Part shown: in pieces, positions 17,820 through 28,326 of the stretch
Numbering within the stretch: position 1 is the stretch's first letter
Layout: each line of letters starts with the position of its first letter
Assembly (NCBI GenBank): GCA_021820465.1
Contig: JAKADP010000002.1
Coordinates: forward strand, 39,301-103,300
Length of the DNA: 64,000 nucleotides
Reading direction: 5' to 3'
Origin: Bacillota bacterium
GTDB lineage: Bacteria; Bacillota; Sulfobacillia; Sulfobacillales; JAIMBI01
Notes under the pieces: generated by a model
The model's database searches: none
Seen by the model: only the letters and a program-made list of their open reading frames with translations
What the model was told of the DNA's origin: nothing
Made by a program: the position numbers and the translations under genes

Positions 17820-20143
17820 ACGCCCACGGCCTTGAGCGGCTGGAGTGGGGGCGCCTAGTAGAGCGCCTGGCCGTCTATGCGGATACCCCCGCCGGCAAGG
17901 CCCGGGTGCTGGCGACCGTTCCCGACCCGCACGCGGATTGGCTGAGTGAGCAGCAGCGCCTGTACGCGGCGGCGGCCGTCCATGCGCCGCTCCAGCAGCT
18001 GTCCCTGGCGGGGGCGGTGGACTTGGAGCCGCTGGTCGCTCGGGCGCGGAAGGGGGGCATGCTGCCTGCCGACGCGCTGTGGTCGGTCATGGCCACGCTG
18101 GAGCGCGGCCAAGCCCTGAAGGCGGCGCTCGCCGGGGCGGACAGCGGCGAGCTCTCGGCCCACCTCGGGCACTTCGAAGTCCCGGGCGGCCTCCGGCAGC
18201 GCATCGGGGCGGCGATCGTGGAGTCGGGAGCGGTGAAGGACAGCGCGAGTCCGGCCCTGGAGCGCATCCGCCGCGACATGGCGCGCCTGGAGGCGGAGAT
18301 TCAGGAGGTGCTTGACCGCCTCTTGCGGTCCCCGGCCTGGTCGGAGTACCTGCGGGAGCCCCTCGTAGCGCTGCGCCGCGGGCGGCGGGTGGTGCCTGTG
18401 AAGCGCTCGTTTGTCCACCAGGTGGGCGGCTTGGTGCATGACCAGTCGGGCAGCGGGCAGACGGTTTTCGTCGAGCCGGCCCCGGTGGTGGAGCGGCAAA
18501 ACCGCATTGCCGAGCTGGCGGCCGCCGAGGGGGCCGAAATTCTCCGCATTCTTCGGCAGCTGACGGCGGAGGTGGCGGCGCAGGAGATGGCGCTGCTGGC
18601 CATGAACGGCGCTCTGCTGGCGGCGGATGTGCTGTTGGCCAAGCTCCGCTGGGCGAGGCAAGCGGGGGCGGCGCTGCCGCAGTTGAGCCAAGACAGGCTG
18701 ACCCTGATAGACGCCCGCCACCCGCTGCTGGAGGAGCCCGTGCCGCTCACGGTCAGCGTGGGCGGCTCGCAGCGGGTGCTGGTGGTGACCGGACCAAACA
18801 CGGGCGGCAAAACCGTAGCGCTGAAGACGGTCGGGCTGCTGGTGGCGCTGGCGCTGTCCGGATGGCCCGTGCCGGCGCACCCCGACAGCGAGGTTCCGCT
18901 GTTTCAGGATATGTTTGCCGATATTGGCGACGAACAAAGCTTGGAGCAAAATCTCTCCACGTTCTCGGGTCACGTGCGCCAGTTGGTGCCCGTGGTGGCG
19001 GGCGCTAAGCCTGGCGTGCTGGTGCTGCTGGACGAAATCGGCGCCGGCACGGATCCGGAGGAGGGCGCGGCGCTGGCTCTAGCCCTCGTCGACCACCTCT
19101 TGGACTCGGGGGCGACGGCCGTGGTGACCACGCATTACGCTCGGGTCAAGTTGCTGGCGTATCGCGATCCGCGCGTGCAGAACGCGCGGATGGACTTCGA
19201 TCGAGAGCGCCTGATGCCAACCTACCGCCTGGTCATGGGGCAGCCGGGATCGTCGCAGGCCCTGTACATAGCCCGGCGCCTCGGACTTGACCCACAGATC
19301 CTGGACCGGGCGGAGCGGCATCTGGGTGAAGAAGGCGTCCGGGTGGACCGAGCCATTGGCGAGCTGGAGCGGGTGGAGCGCGAGCTCGCGCAGGCGCGGG
19401 ACGGGGTGGTGGCGGCCGAGCGGGCTCTGGCGGAGCGAGAAGCCGCCTTGAAGGCGGCTGAGGCGCGGCTGCTCGCCGAGCGAGCGAAGGATCGGGAGCG
19501 GCTGCGCCACGAGGTGCGCCGCCGGCTGGCTGACCTGGAGGCGCGGGCCGCGGCTGCGATCGCCGCGGCCCAAGCCGAGACGCGCGCCGAGCGGGAGCAC
19601 GCGCTGGCGGCCCTGCGGGCGGAGATGAAGAGCTGGGGCCGCTTCGAACAGGAGCTCAGCGACGGGCCGACGCCCGCCCGCTCCGGGGCGCCGCTGGCGG
19701 TGGGGCAGGCGGTGAGCGCCGCCGAGCTTCCCGAGCCGGGCCGCATCCTGTCGATCGAGCGCGGCCAGGCCACCGTCGAGGCGGCGGGGCGGCGCATTGT
19801 GCTGCCGGTGGCCAGCTTGGCTCCGGCCCGCAGCCCCCACCCCGCGCCGCGCCGCCGAGAACCCTCGCCCACGTGGGACGCGACGGGCATCGGCAGCGTG
19901 GGGATGGAGTGCGATCTGCGGGGCATGACCGTGCTGGAGGCGGTGGATGAGGTGGAGATGTATCTGGATCGCGCGGCCCGGGCGGGCCTGCCATTTGCCC
20001 GCCTGATCCACGGCCGAGGCACGGGGTCGCTCCGCCGGGCGGTCCAGGAGCATTTGGTGGGCCACCCGCATGTGGCCGGCTTTCGCTTGGGGCAGGCGGG
20101 CGAAGGCGGCGACGGCGTGACGGTGGTGCAGTTCCACCAGTGA
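17816..20143 (+). CDS. mutS2: MutS2 endonuclease (C-terminal Smr)
   Basis: VTGPNTGGKT, DIGDEQSLEQNLSTFSGH, LLDEIGAGTDP, IHGRGTGSLR, GEGGDGVT. Confidence 0.95.
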   Translation: MNAHGLERLEWGRLVERLAVYADTPAGKARVLATVPDPHADWLSEQQRLYAAAAVHAPLQQLSLAGAVDLEPLVARARKGGMLPADALWSVMATLERGQALKAALAGADSGELSAHLGHFEVPGGLRQRIGAAIVESGAVKDSASPALERIRRDMARLEAEIQEVLDRLLRSPAWSEYLREPLVALRRGRRVVPVKRSFVHQVGGLVHDQSGSGQTVFVEPAPVVERQNRIAELAAAEGAEILRILRQLTAEVAAQEMALLAMNGALLAADVLLAKLRWARQAGAALPQLSQDRLTLIDARHPLLEEPVPLTVSVGGSQRVLVVTGPNTGGKTVALKTVGLLVALALSGWPVPAHPDSEVPLFQDMFADIGDEQSLEQNLSTFSGHVRQLVPVVAGAKPGVLVLLDEIGAGTDPEEGAALALALVDHLLDSGATAVVTTHYARVKLLAYRDPRVQNARMDFDRERLMPTYRLVMGQPGSSQALYIARRLGLDPQILDRAERHLGEEGVRVDRAIGELERVERELAQARDGVVAAERALAEREAALKAAEARLLAERAKDRERLRHEVRRRLADLEARAAAAIAAAQAETRAEREHALAALRAEMKSWGRFEQELSDGPTPARSGAPLAVGQAVSAAELPEPGRILSIERGQATVEAAGRRIVLPVASLAPARSPHPAPRRREPSPTWDATGIGSVGMECDLRGMTVLEAVDEVEMYLDRAARAGLPFARLIHGRGTGSLRRAVQEHLVGHPHVAGFRLGQAGEGGDGVTVVQFHQ

Positions 20144-20198
20144 GGCGGCCCCGACGGCGAGTCGAGCAGGCGGTCAGCCGAGGCGAAGGAGCGATGGC

Positions 20199-20663
20199 AT
20201 GGGATTGGGAGCGGGGTTTGATGCCCAAGGGCGCGTCGGGCCCACATTTGTGGGCACCGTGTATCCGTTTCAGCTGGATCATATGGGGCACATCAACATC
20301 CAATTCTATGTGGGGTTGTTTGACCAAGCCTCGTGGGGCTTCTTTGCATGGATGGGGCTCACCGCTGATCGGATTAGGGCCGAAAACGTCGGCATGGCGG
20401 CGTTGGTGCAGGAGAATCGGTTTCTGGCGGAGCTGCAGCCGGGGGTGAGTTTAGAAGCCTGGACGCGTGTGCTGGCCACTTCGAATAAGACGGTGAGGTA
20501 CCAGCACGACCTCCACCGGCGGGGCGGCGGCGACCCTCTGGTGGGGACGAGCGTCCTCACCGCAGCTTGCCTCGACCTCACCCGCCGCCGCGCCCGGCCG
20601 CTGCCGGACGACATTCGCCGGCGCCTGGACGACGCGGTCCACCGGGGCGGCGGCGGCCAGTGA
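20199..20663 (+). CDS. 4HBT-like acyl-CoA thioesterase
   Basis: LDHMGHINIQFY hotdog-fold motif. Confidence 0.8.
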   Translation: MGLGAGFDAQGRVGPTFVGTVYPFQLDHMGHINIQFYVGLFDQASWGFFAWMGLTADRIRAENVGMAALVQENRFLAELQPGVSLEAWTRVLATSNKTVRYQHDLHRRGGGDPLVGTSVLTAACLDLTRRRARPLPDDIRRRLDDAVHRGGGGQ

Positions 20664-20823
20664 TTCCGCGCAAAGGGAGCCGCAGCAAGATGCGTTGGGG
20701 GGCACCTATGCTATGATCGCGCCAATTGCAAACTGTGCGGTTGATCCAGCGGCGCGCCGGGCCACGGCGCGTGTCGGCGGCGGCCCCCGCAGCGCATCGG
20801 CCGGGAAGGAGTTGGACCCACGC

Positions 20824-22041
20824 GTGAACGAGGTGCCGCCGTCTGTGCAGCGAGAGGCCGAGCGTCAGCTGGAGTGGCTAGTCGCCGGAGCCCTCGAGGT
20901 GCTGCAGCGCGACGAGCTGTTGGCCCGCTTGGCAGAGTCCCTCTGCACCAACCGCCCGCTGACCATTAAATTAGGATTGGACCCGACGGCGCCCGACATC
21001 CATCTGGGCCATGTCTTGGTGCTGGACAAGTTGCGCCAATTCCAGGACCTGGGGCACCGGGTTGTGCTGATTATTGGGGACTTTACCGCCCGCATCGGGG
21101 ACCCGAGCGGGCGTAGCCAGACGCGCCCCGCGCTCTCCGGTGAGGCCATTGCCGCGTTTGGACAGACGTATCTGGAGCAGGCCACGAAGATTCTGGATCC
21201 TGCTCGGCTGGAGTTGCGCCACAACCATGAGTGGCTGGCGCCCTTAGGGCTGGCCGATCTCATGGCGCTGATGTCGCGCATCACGCTGGCCCGCATGCTG
21301 GAGCGCGAGGATTTCCACACGCGCATGGCGGCCCACCAGCCGCTGCACCTGCACGAGTTGCTGTATCCCGTGATGCAGGCTTACGACTCGGTGGCCATTG
21401 AGGCGGATGTGGAGCTGGGCGGGCTGGATCAGAAGTTCAATTTCATGACGGCACGCCAGATCCAGGAGGCATCGGGCCAGGCTCCCGAGGTGGCCCTCCT
21501 GATGCCCATGCTGGTGGGGCTGGATGGCACCAAAAAAATGAGCAAGAGCCTGGGCAACTATGTGGGCATTACGGACGCCCCCGCCGACATGTATGGCAAA
21601 ACCATGTCGGTGCCCGACGCGCTGGTGGCGTCGTGGGGTGAGCGCGTGCTGGGCTGGCAGCCGGGCGACGCGGAGCGCCGCTTGGCTGGTGGTGAGCACC
21701 CGCGCGACCTCAAGGCCTCGCTCGCCGAAGGGGTGGTGGCGCGCTTCCATGGCGCCCAGGCCGCCGAAGAGGCGGCACAGGCCTTTCGGCAGACGTTTCG
21801 GGACGGGGAGGTGCCGGCCGACGCGCCGCAGATACCGCTGCCGGACGGCGCCGGCGCCGTAGCGGCGCTCGATATGGTGGCGGCGCTGCCAGGCGTGGGC
21901 TCGCGGGGGGAGGCCCGTCGCCTCCTGCAGCAAGGTGGGGTGACCGTGGATGGCCAGCGTGTCGACCTGGGAGACGTGGTGGCGGTGGCTCCCGGCAGTT
22001 GGGTGCGCATCGGGCGGCGGCGCTTTTTTCGGTATCAGTAA
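20824..22041 (+). CDS. tyrS: tyrosyl-tRNA synthetase
   Basis: GLDPTAPDIHLGH, LYPVMQAYDS, KKMSKS, C-terminal S4-like domain. Confidence 0.96.
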   Translation: MNEVPPSVQREAERQLEWLVAGALEVLQRDELLARLAESLCTNRPLTIKLGLDPTAPDIHLGHVLVLDKLRQFQDLGHRVVLIIGDFTARIGDPSGRSQTRPALSGEAIAAFGQTYLEQATKILDPARLELRHNHEWLAPLGLADLMALMSRITLARMLEREDFHTRMAAHQPLHLHELLYPVMQAYDSVAIEADVELGGLDQKFNFMTARQIQEASGQAPEVALLMPMLVGLDGTKKMSKSLGNYVGITDAPADMYGKTMSVPDALVASWGERVLGWQPGDAERRLAGGEHPRDLKASLAEGVVARFHGAQAAEEAAQAFRQTFRDGEVPADAPQIPLPDGAGAVAALDMVAALPGVGSRGEARRLLQQGGVTVDGQRVDLGDVVAVAPGSWVRIGRRRFFRYQ

Positions 22042-22059
22042 AGGCGAGGTGACGGCAGG

Positions 22060-22794
22060 GTGGCGGCACGCGAAGAAGAAATGCTTGGATGGAAGCGATT
22101 GGAGCAAGGCCAGCTGGAGCGGGCGGAAGGGCACTTTCGGCGCTGTCTGGAAATGGACCCGGATCGCGTAGAAGCGTTAAATGGCTTGGGCCAGGTGTAT
22201 ATGGCGTGGGATGAGCTGGACGAGGCGGCCGAACTGTTCCAGATGGCGCTGGCCATCGCGGAGCCGCGGCTTCCGCGCGGCAAGCGCCGCACGGGGTGGC
22301 ATGACCCCCATGTGCGGCCCTACCTCAGGAGCCTGCACCTCTTGGCCATGACGCGCATCCGACGGGGGGCGTACGAATCCGCCGCTGAGCCCCTGGAGAC
22401 GATGCTGGCCTGGGATGCTACGGGAGTGGACGGGGAGGCGTACCTGCTGCTGGGCCAGTGCCGCCAGCGCTTGGGTCAGGTGGAAGTGGCGGATGCGTGC
22501 TATGAGAAGGCGCGCCTGAAGCACCCTCATGCCTGGTATCTCTACGGATTGACGCGGCTCTTGCTGGGGCACCGCCCGGAGGCGGCCCACTGCTTTAAGG
22601 CGGCCGTCGATGTCGTGCCGGAGGTGGCGCCGCTTCTGGCGTTTTATCCGCGCGTGGTCGGCATCGGCGGCGAGGGCGTTCCCCGCCACCGCCAGGCCGT
22701 GCAGTTTGTGAATGCCACCGTCGACCTGTTTACCCGCGACAGCCGAGCGCTGCTGCGCTCGCTTCTCACGGGCGAAGTGGCCAGCGCCCAGTGA
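22060..22794 (+). CDS. tetratricopeptide repeat protein
   Basis: AEGHFRRCLEMDPDRVEALNGLG and AYLLLGQC TPR patterns. Confidence 0.75.
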   Translation: MAAREEEMLGWKRLEQGQLERAEGHFRRCLEMDPDRVEALNGLGQVYMAWDELDEAAELFQMALAIAEPRLPRGKRRTGWHDPHVRPYLRSLHLLAMTRIRRGAYESAAEPLETMLAWDATGVDGEAYLLLGQCRQRLGQVEVADACYEKARLKHPHAWYLYGLTRLLLGHRPEAAHCFKAAVDVVPEVAPLLAFYPRVVGIGGEGVPRHRQAVQFVNATVDLFTRDSRALLRSLLTGEVASAQ

Positions 22795-24551
22795 CCGGCC
22801 GCGAGGCGGACCCCATGACGCCCCCAGGCGACAGCCCGGCGCGCGTGCTGCGCGTGGGGCTGGCGCAGATTAACACCCTGGTCGGCGATCCCGCCGGCAA
22901 TGGGCGGCGGGTGGCGGCGGCTGTGGATGAGGCCGCGTCGCAGGGCGTGGGCGTGCTGGTATTTCCGGAGCTGACGCTCTCAGGCTATCCCCCAGAGGAT
23001 TTGCTCTTGCGCGCGGACTTTTTGGCCGCATGTGAGCAGGAGCTGGCCCGGGTGGCCGTGGCGAGTCGGGCGGTGCCGCTGGTGTTAGTGGGATTGCCGC
23101 GCGTCGGCCCCGGGGGATTGGAAAACAGTGCAGCGGCGCTGGCCGGCGGCAGGGTGGTGGCTTGCTATGCCAAGCAGCACCTGCCCAACTATGGCGTGTT
23201 TGACGAGGTCCGCTACTTTACCGCAGGCCAGGCTCCCTTGGTCCTGGCGCTCGCGGGCTGGCGCATTGGGGTCACCATCTGCGAGGATCTGTGGGTGTCG
23301 GACGGCCCGTGGCTCGAGGAGGCGCGCGCCGGCGCTGAGCTGTTGGTCAACCTGTCCGCTTCCCCCTACCAGCGGGGCCGACCCCGGCTGCGGGACCAAA
23401 TGTTGGGGGTCCGCGCCCTGGACGGCGAGGCGTACGTGGCCTCGTGCAATTTGGTGGGGGGCCAGGATGAGCTGGTCTTTGATGGGACATCGGGGATTTA
23501 CGACCCCGATGGCACCGCCCGGGCCCGGGCGGCCAGCTTCCAGGAGGTGTTGGTGGTCGCGGATCTTGACCCCACCCGGGTCGGGCATCGCCGCCGGCTG
23601 GATCGCCGCTGGCGCACCGGGGAGGCGGTCCCGGTGGTGGAAGTCCGCGGCGCCCCGGAGCCGCGGCCGGCGGCGCCCGCCGAGCCGAATGTGGTGCCCT
23701 GGCTGGACTCGGTGTCCGAGCTGCGCCAGGCTCTCGTTCTGGGCCTGCGCGACTATGTGGCCAAGAATGGGTTTCCTGGCGTGGTGCTGGGGCTGTCGGG
23801 CGGCATCGACTCGTCCGTGGCGGCGGTGCTGGCGGCGGATGCACTGGGCGCCGCCCGCGTCCACGGGGTGTTTCTCCCCTCGGCCATCACGTCGGCCGAA
23901 AGCCGGGAGGATGCCCAGCAGCTGGCGTCCGCACTGGGCATCGACTACCGGGAAATTGCCATTGCGGCGTCGTTTGAGGCGGTGCGGGCGGCGTTGGCCC
24001 CGTCGTTCGGCGACCGGCCGTGGGACGTGGCTGAGGAAAACTTGCAGGCTCGGCTGCGCGGCTTGCTGTGGATGGGCTTGTCCAACAAGTTTGGGTGGCT
24101 GGTGCTGGTGACCGGCAACAAGAGCGAAATGGCCACGGGCTATGCGACTCTATACGGGGATATGGCCGGGGGGCTGGCGGTTCTCAAGGATGTCTATAAG
24201 GAAGACGTGTATGCGCTGGCCCGCCACATGAACGCCGAGCAGATGGTGGTGCCGGCGCGGGTGCTGGAAAAGCCGCCGTCCGCCGAGCTGTCCCCCAATC
24301 AGCAGGATCAGGACAGCCTGCCTCCCTACCCGGTCCTCGACCCCATCCTGCGCGCTTACGTCGAAGAGGACTTATCCCCGGAGGCGCTGGCGGCGCGCGG
24401 GATGGATCCCGCCGCGGTCGACTTGGCGGTGCGCCTGGTGAACCGGTCCGAGTACAAGCGCCGCCAGGCGCCGATCGGGATTCGGGTGAGCGGGCGGGCC
24501 TTTGGCCGCGACCGCCGCATGCCTGTGACCGGGCACTTTCCCCGCCGCTGA
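22791..24551 (+). CDS. nadE: glutamine-dependent NAD+ synthetase
   Basis: Nitrilase domain (FPEL, LPNYGVFDE, ICED) plus SGGIDS, NLQAR, GNKSE, YGD. Confidence 0.95.
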   Translation: MTGREADPMTPPGDSPARVLRVGLAQINTLVGDPAGNGRRVAAAVDEAASQGVGVLVFPELTLSGYPPEDLLLRADFLAACEQELARVAVASRAVPLVLVGLPRVGPGGLENSAAALAGGRVVACYAKQHLPNYGVFDEVRYFTAGQAPLVLALAGWRIGVTICEDLWVSDGPWLEEARAGAELLVNLSASPYQRGRPRLRDQMLGVRALDGEAYVASCNLVGGQDELVFDGTSGIYDPDGTARARAASFQEVLVVADLDPTRVGHRRRLDRRWRTGEAVPVVEVRGAPEPRPAAPAEPNVVPWLDSVSELRQALVLGLRDYVAKNGFPGVVLGLSGGIDSSVAAVLAADALGAARVHGVFLPSAITSAESREDAQQLASALGIDYREIAIAASFEAVRAALAPSFGDRPWDVAEENLQARLRGLLWMGLSNKFGWLVLVTGNKSEMATGYATLYGDMAGGLAVLKDVYKEDVYALARHMNAEQMVVPARVLEKPPSAELSPNQQDQDSLPPYPVLDPILRAYVEEDLSPEALAARGMDPAAVDLAVRLVNRSEYKRRQAPIGIRVSGRAFGRDRRMPVTGHFPRR

Positions 24552-24641
24552 CCCTCCAGCGCGGGTCGTCCGATACAATAGGGCAGAAGTCATGCGCGGA
24601 GGGCCCAGGAGCGCGGTGCCGCGCAGGGAAGGGAGGTACCC

Positions 24642-25385
24642 ATGTCCGGTCATTCCAAGTGGGCCAACATCAAGCGCAAGAAAGCGAAAGTGGACGAAGC
24701 CAAGGGAGCGACGTTTTCTCGCCTGACGAAGGACGTGGCCTCGGCCGCCCGCCAAGGCGGCGGCAACCCGGACACCAACTTCAAGCTGCGGCTGGCGATT
24801 GCTAAGGCCAAGGAGCAAAACGTCCCGACCGCCAACATCGAGCGGGCGATCCTGCGAGCCACTGGCCAGATGCAGGGGGTCACGTACGAAGAAGGCATTT
24901 ATGAGGGGTATGGTCCAGGCGGGGCGGCCCTGCTTTTGGAAATCCTGACGGACAACCGCAACCGGACGGCCGGGGAGGTGCGCCATCTGTTCAGCCGCCA
25001 TGGCGGCACCCTGTCGGAGAGCGGGTCGGTGCTGTGGATGTTTGAGCAGAAAGGCCGGCTGTCCGTTCCCAAAAGCGCGGCCCTTAGCGAAGAGGCGCTG
25101 TTGGAAGCCGTGCTGGAGGCGGGGGGCGAGGATCTGGGCGGCGACGACGAAGAGTGGGAGGTTATCACGGCGGCCGACACGCTGGATGTGGTCCATCGTG
25201 CGCTGGAAGACGCCGGCATCACCATTGACGCCGCCAGCCTGGTGCGGGTGCCCAGCACCACCGTGGAGGTGCTGGGGCCGGACCAGGACCGCCTGCTGCG
25301 CCTCATGGAGCTATTGGAGGAGCACGACGACGTGCAGCGCGTCTACACGAATGCGCTGTTTGCCGATGACGACGGCGACGCGTGA
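24642..25385 (+). CDS. yebC: YebC/PmpR family protein
   Basis: MSGHSKWANIK, YEGYGPGG, TDNRNRT. Confidence 0.95.
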   Translation: MSGHSKWANIKRKKAKVDEAKGATFSRLTKDVASAARQGGGNPDTNFKLRLAIAKAKEQNVPTANIERAILRATGQMQGVTYEEGIYEGYGPGGAALLLEILTDNRNRTAGEVRHLFSRHGGTLSESGSVLWMFEQKGRLSVPKSAALSEEALLEAVLEAGGEDLGGDDEEWEVITAADTLDVVHRALEDAGITIDAASLVRVPSTTVEVLGPDQDRLLRLMELLEEHDDVQRVYTNALFADDDGDA

Positions 25386-25864
25386 GCCGGGTTTTCGGGA
25401 TTGACCCGGGAGTGGCCCGCCTGGGCTACGGGGTGCTGGACGAGGGGCCCGGCGGGCGCGTTTCCGTGGTGGGGTTTGGGGTGATTGCCACGGAGCCGGG
25501 CGAGGTGGGCCCGCGGCTGGTGCGGGTGTTTTCCGAGCTGGAAGCGCTCTTGGCCGAGACGCGCCCGGATGTGTCGGCCGTGGAGCAGCTGTTCTTTGGG
25601 CAGAACACCACCACCGCGCTGCTGGTCAGCCAGGCGCGCGGGGTGGCGCTCCTGGCGCTGGCGCGCGCGGGGGTGCCGGTGCGCGAGGTGACGCCCTCCC
25701 AGGTCAAGCAGGCGGTGACGGGCTGGGGCCGGGCGGACAAGCGCCAGGTGCAGGCGATGGTGGCGCGGCTGTTGAGCCTGTCGGCGGTCCCCGAGCCCGA
25801 TGATGCGGCCGACGCGCTGGCGGTGGCCTGGAGTGCCTTGGGCACTCGGGATCGGATGCGATGA
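25382..25864 (+). CDS. ruvC: Holliday junction resolvase RuvC
   Basis: GIDPG, VEQLFF, KQAVTG.G.ADK.QV, DDAADALA. Confidence 0.95.
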   Translation: MSRVFGIDPGVARLGYGVLDEGPGGRVSVVGFGVIATEPGEVGPRLVRVFSELEALLAETRPDVSAVEQLFFGQNTTTALLVSQARGVALLALARAGVPVREVTPSQVKQAVTGWGRADKRQVQAMVARLLSLSAVPEPDDAADALAVAWSALGTRDRMR

Positions 25865-26484
25865 TCGACTACGTGAAGGGAACCGTGGCGGCGCGGGCCG
25901 CGGGCCGCGTGGTGGTGGAGACCAGCGGGGGCTTGGGGCTGGAGCTTTTGGTGCCGTCGTCCACCGGCGTGCGCCTGCCCGAGCCGGGGCACCCCGTGAA
26001 GCTGTACACCCACCTGGCCATTCGCGAGGACAGTTGGCAGATGGCGGGCTTCCTGACGGCTGAGGAGCGCGAGGTGTTCCTGGCGCTCTTGGCCGTCAGT
26101 GGCGTGGGCATGAAGGTGGCGCTGGCGGTGCTGGGGCACGTCAAGCCAGCTGGCCTCAGGACCGCCGTGGCCGATGGCGACTGGAAGGCGCTCACCGCCG
26201 TCACGGGCGTCGGCACTAAGCTGGCGCAGCGCCTCGTGGTTGAGCTGCGGGGCGTGTTGGCGGCCGGGCCCCAAGAGGTGCCCGCCGCGGCGCGGCCGCC
26301 GGTGGCCACGGACGAAGTGGTCGAAGGACTCATGGCGCTCGGCTATACTGGGGCAGAGGCGGCCGCGGCCGTGGCCGGCACGGAGGGCCCGGCGCCGGAG
26401 CGGCTGCGCGAGGCTTTGCGTCGGTTGGATTCGGGGAGGGGAGTGGGCGTGGCGGATGCCGACAGGCGCGAGGGAAATGCCTGA
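25861..26484 (+). CDS. ruvA: Holliday junction branch migration protein RuvA
   Basis: [32 protein letters not shown]. Confidence 0.93.
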   Translation: MIDYVKGTVAARAAGRVVVETSGGLGLELLVPSSTGVRLPEPGHPVKLYTHLAIREDSWQMAGFLTAEEREVFLALLAVSGVGMKVALAVLGHVKPAGLRTAVADGDWKALTAVTGVGTKLAQRLVVELRGVLAAGPQEVPAAARPPVATDEVVEGLMALGYTGAEAAAAVAGTEGPAPERLREALRRLDSGRGVGVADADRREGNA

Positions 26485-27514
26485 GCGGACGGTGTCGGGC
26501 GGACCACTGTCGGGGGATTTGCCGATGGATCCGACCCTCCGGCCGACGCGGCTCGGAGAGTACGTGGGTCAGCGGCAAGTCACCGAGCGTCTCGGCGTGT
26601 TCGTGGAAGCTGCGCTGGCGCGCGGCGAGGCGCTGGACCACGTCTTGCTGTACGGCCCGCCCGGCTTGGGAAAAACCACGCTGGCGCACATCATCGCCAA
26701 CGAGCTGGGATCGGGCATTCGCGTCACCAGCGGTCCTGCCATCGAGCGGGCTGGCGATCTGGCCGCGATTCTCACGAATCTGGATGAGCGGGACGTCCTG
26801 TTTATTGACGAGATCCACCGCCTAAACCGCGCTGTCGAAGAAGTGCTGTACCCGGCCATGGAGGATTATGCGCTGGATCTGGTCCTGGGCAAGGGCCCCA
26901 GTGCCCGGTCGGTGCGCCTGGACCTGCCTCGCTTTACGCTGGTGGGAGCCACCACGCGCGCGGGCATGCTCACCTCCCCCCTGCGCGATCGGTTTGGCGT
27001 CATCCTGCACCTGGACTTTTATCCGGTGGACGAGCTGGCGGAGATTGTGGCGCGGACGAGCCGCGTGCTGGGCATCGAGCTGGCCCCGCCCCTGACCCAG
27101 GAGGTGGCGCGGCGGAGCCGCGGCACCCCGCGGGTGGCCAACCGCCTCCTGCGCCGCCTGCGCGACTACGCGGATGTGCGCGCAGGCGGTGTGCTGACGT
27201 CGGCGGTGCTGGAGGAGGGCCTGGCTCTTTTGGAAGTGGACCAGTACGGCCTGGACCTCGTGGACCGGCGCGTGCTGTGGGCGGTCGCCGATCGCTATGG
27301 CGGCGGCCCGGTCGGCCTGGAGACGCTGGCCGCCTCGGTGGGGGAAGAGCCTTCGACCCTGGAAGATGTGGTGGAGCCCTATCTGCTGCAGATGGGCCTG
27401 CTGGAGCGCACGCCCCGTGGCCGGCAGCTGACGGCCACGGGACTCAAGTATTTGGGCCAAGACCCCCGGGGGCGCGCTCAGCTCGCGCTGCCGGATCCAG
27501 ACGTCCGCTCGTGA
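26477..27514 (+). CDS. ruvB: Holliday junction DNA helicase RuvB
   Basis: [30 protein letters not shown]. Confidence 0.97.
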   Translation: MPERTVSGGPLSGDLPMDPTLRPTRLGEYVGQRQVTERLGVFVEAALARGEALDHVLLYGPPGLGKTTLAHIIANELGSGIRVTSGPAIERAGDLAAILTNLDERDVLFIDEIHRLNRAVEEVLYPAMEDYALDLVLGKGPSARSVRLDLPRFTLVGATTRAGMLTSPLRDRFGVILHLDFYPVDELAEIVARTSRVLGIELAPPLTQEVARRSRGTPRVANRLLRRLRDYADVRAGGVLTSAVLEEGLALLEVDQYGLDLVDRRVLWAVADRYGGGPVGLETLAASVGEEPSTLEDVVEPYLLQMGLLERTPRGRQLTATGLKYLGQDPRGRAQLALPDPDVRS

Positions 27515-27518
27515 CTGG

Positions 27519-27546
27519 GCGCAAATTGCCCCAGGGCGGCGAATCT
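27519..27546 (+). promoter_or_regulatory. putative sigma-I autoregulatory promoter
   Basis: AAA(27523-25)-14 nt-CGAA(27540-43) immediately upstream of sigI. Confidence 0.5.
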
Positions 27547-27573
27547 TCTGATGAGACGGTGAGGTGAACCAGT

Positions 27574-28326
27574 GTGGGCCTTCACTTCGGCGGCCAGTCG
27601 CTGGGCGACGAGATGCTGAGGCGAGCCCGGCAGGGAGACCGCGAGGCGCGGGATGCGCTGCTTCGGGACTTTATGCCGTTCATCTTGCGGGTGGCGAGCC
27701 AGGTGGGTGGCCGCTACATCCGGACCGGCGAGGATGAGGAGGTCAGCGTGGGCCTCTTGGCGTTTAACGAAGCGATTGATGCGTACGTCCCTGGGCGCGG
27801 GGCGTTCTTGAGCTTTGCCCAAACCGTCATCACCCGCCGCTTGATTGACCACTACCGCCGCCGCCGCAAGGAGCCGGCGGTGCCGCTCTCCGAACTTGAG
27901 CGCGAGGAGGGCGCTGAGCACGCGGGCCCCACGGTGCTGGACCTGGCGGCCAGCGCCGCCTGGCGGGTGCGTGAGCAGGATGAGGAGCGGCGCGGGGAGA
28001 TTGAGGAATTGTCCCGCGCGCTGGCGGCCTGCGGCATCCGGTTTGACGAGTTGCCCAAGCACTGCCCGCGGCATCGTGATGCGCGGGCGCGCGCGATCAA
28101 GTTGGCGGAGGCGCTGGCCCAAGACCCGGAGATGGCGCGCCAGCTCCTCACGACCGGGGTGCTGCCGCTGGGGGCCCTGGCGAAAGCCACGGGAGCCACC
28201 AAGAAAACGTTGGAGCGCCATCGGCGGTACATCATCGCGGTCGCGCTAATTTTTATCCATGAGTGGCCGGAGCTCCAAAGCTATCTGCGGCCCGCAGCGG
28301 GCGAAGAACGGGGGAATGAGCCATGA
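27574..28326 (+). CDS. sigI: RNA polymerase sigma-I factor
   Basis: PFIL..AS, DEEVSVGLLAFNEAID, RRLIDHYR, PRHRDAR, KTLERHRRYIIA. Confidence 0.92.
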   Translation: MGLHFGGQSLGDEMLRRARQGDREARDALLRDFMPFILRVASQVGGRYIRTGEDEEVSVGLLAFNEAIDAYVPGRGAFLSFAQTVITRRLIDHYRRRRKEPAVPLSELEREEGAEHAGPTVLDLAASAAWRVREQDEERRGEIEELSRALAACGIRFDELPKHCPRHRDARARAIKLAEALAQDPEMARQLLTTGVLPLGALAKATGATKKTLERHRRYIIAVALIFIHEWPELQSYLRPAAGEERGNEP

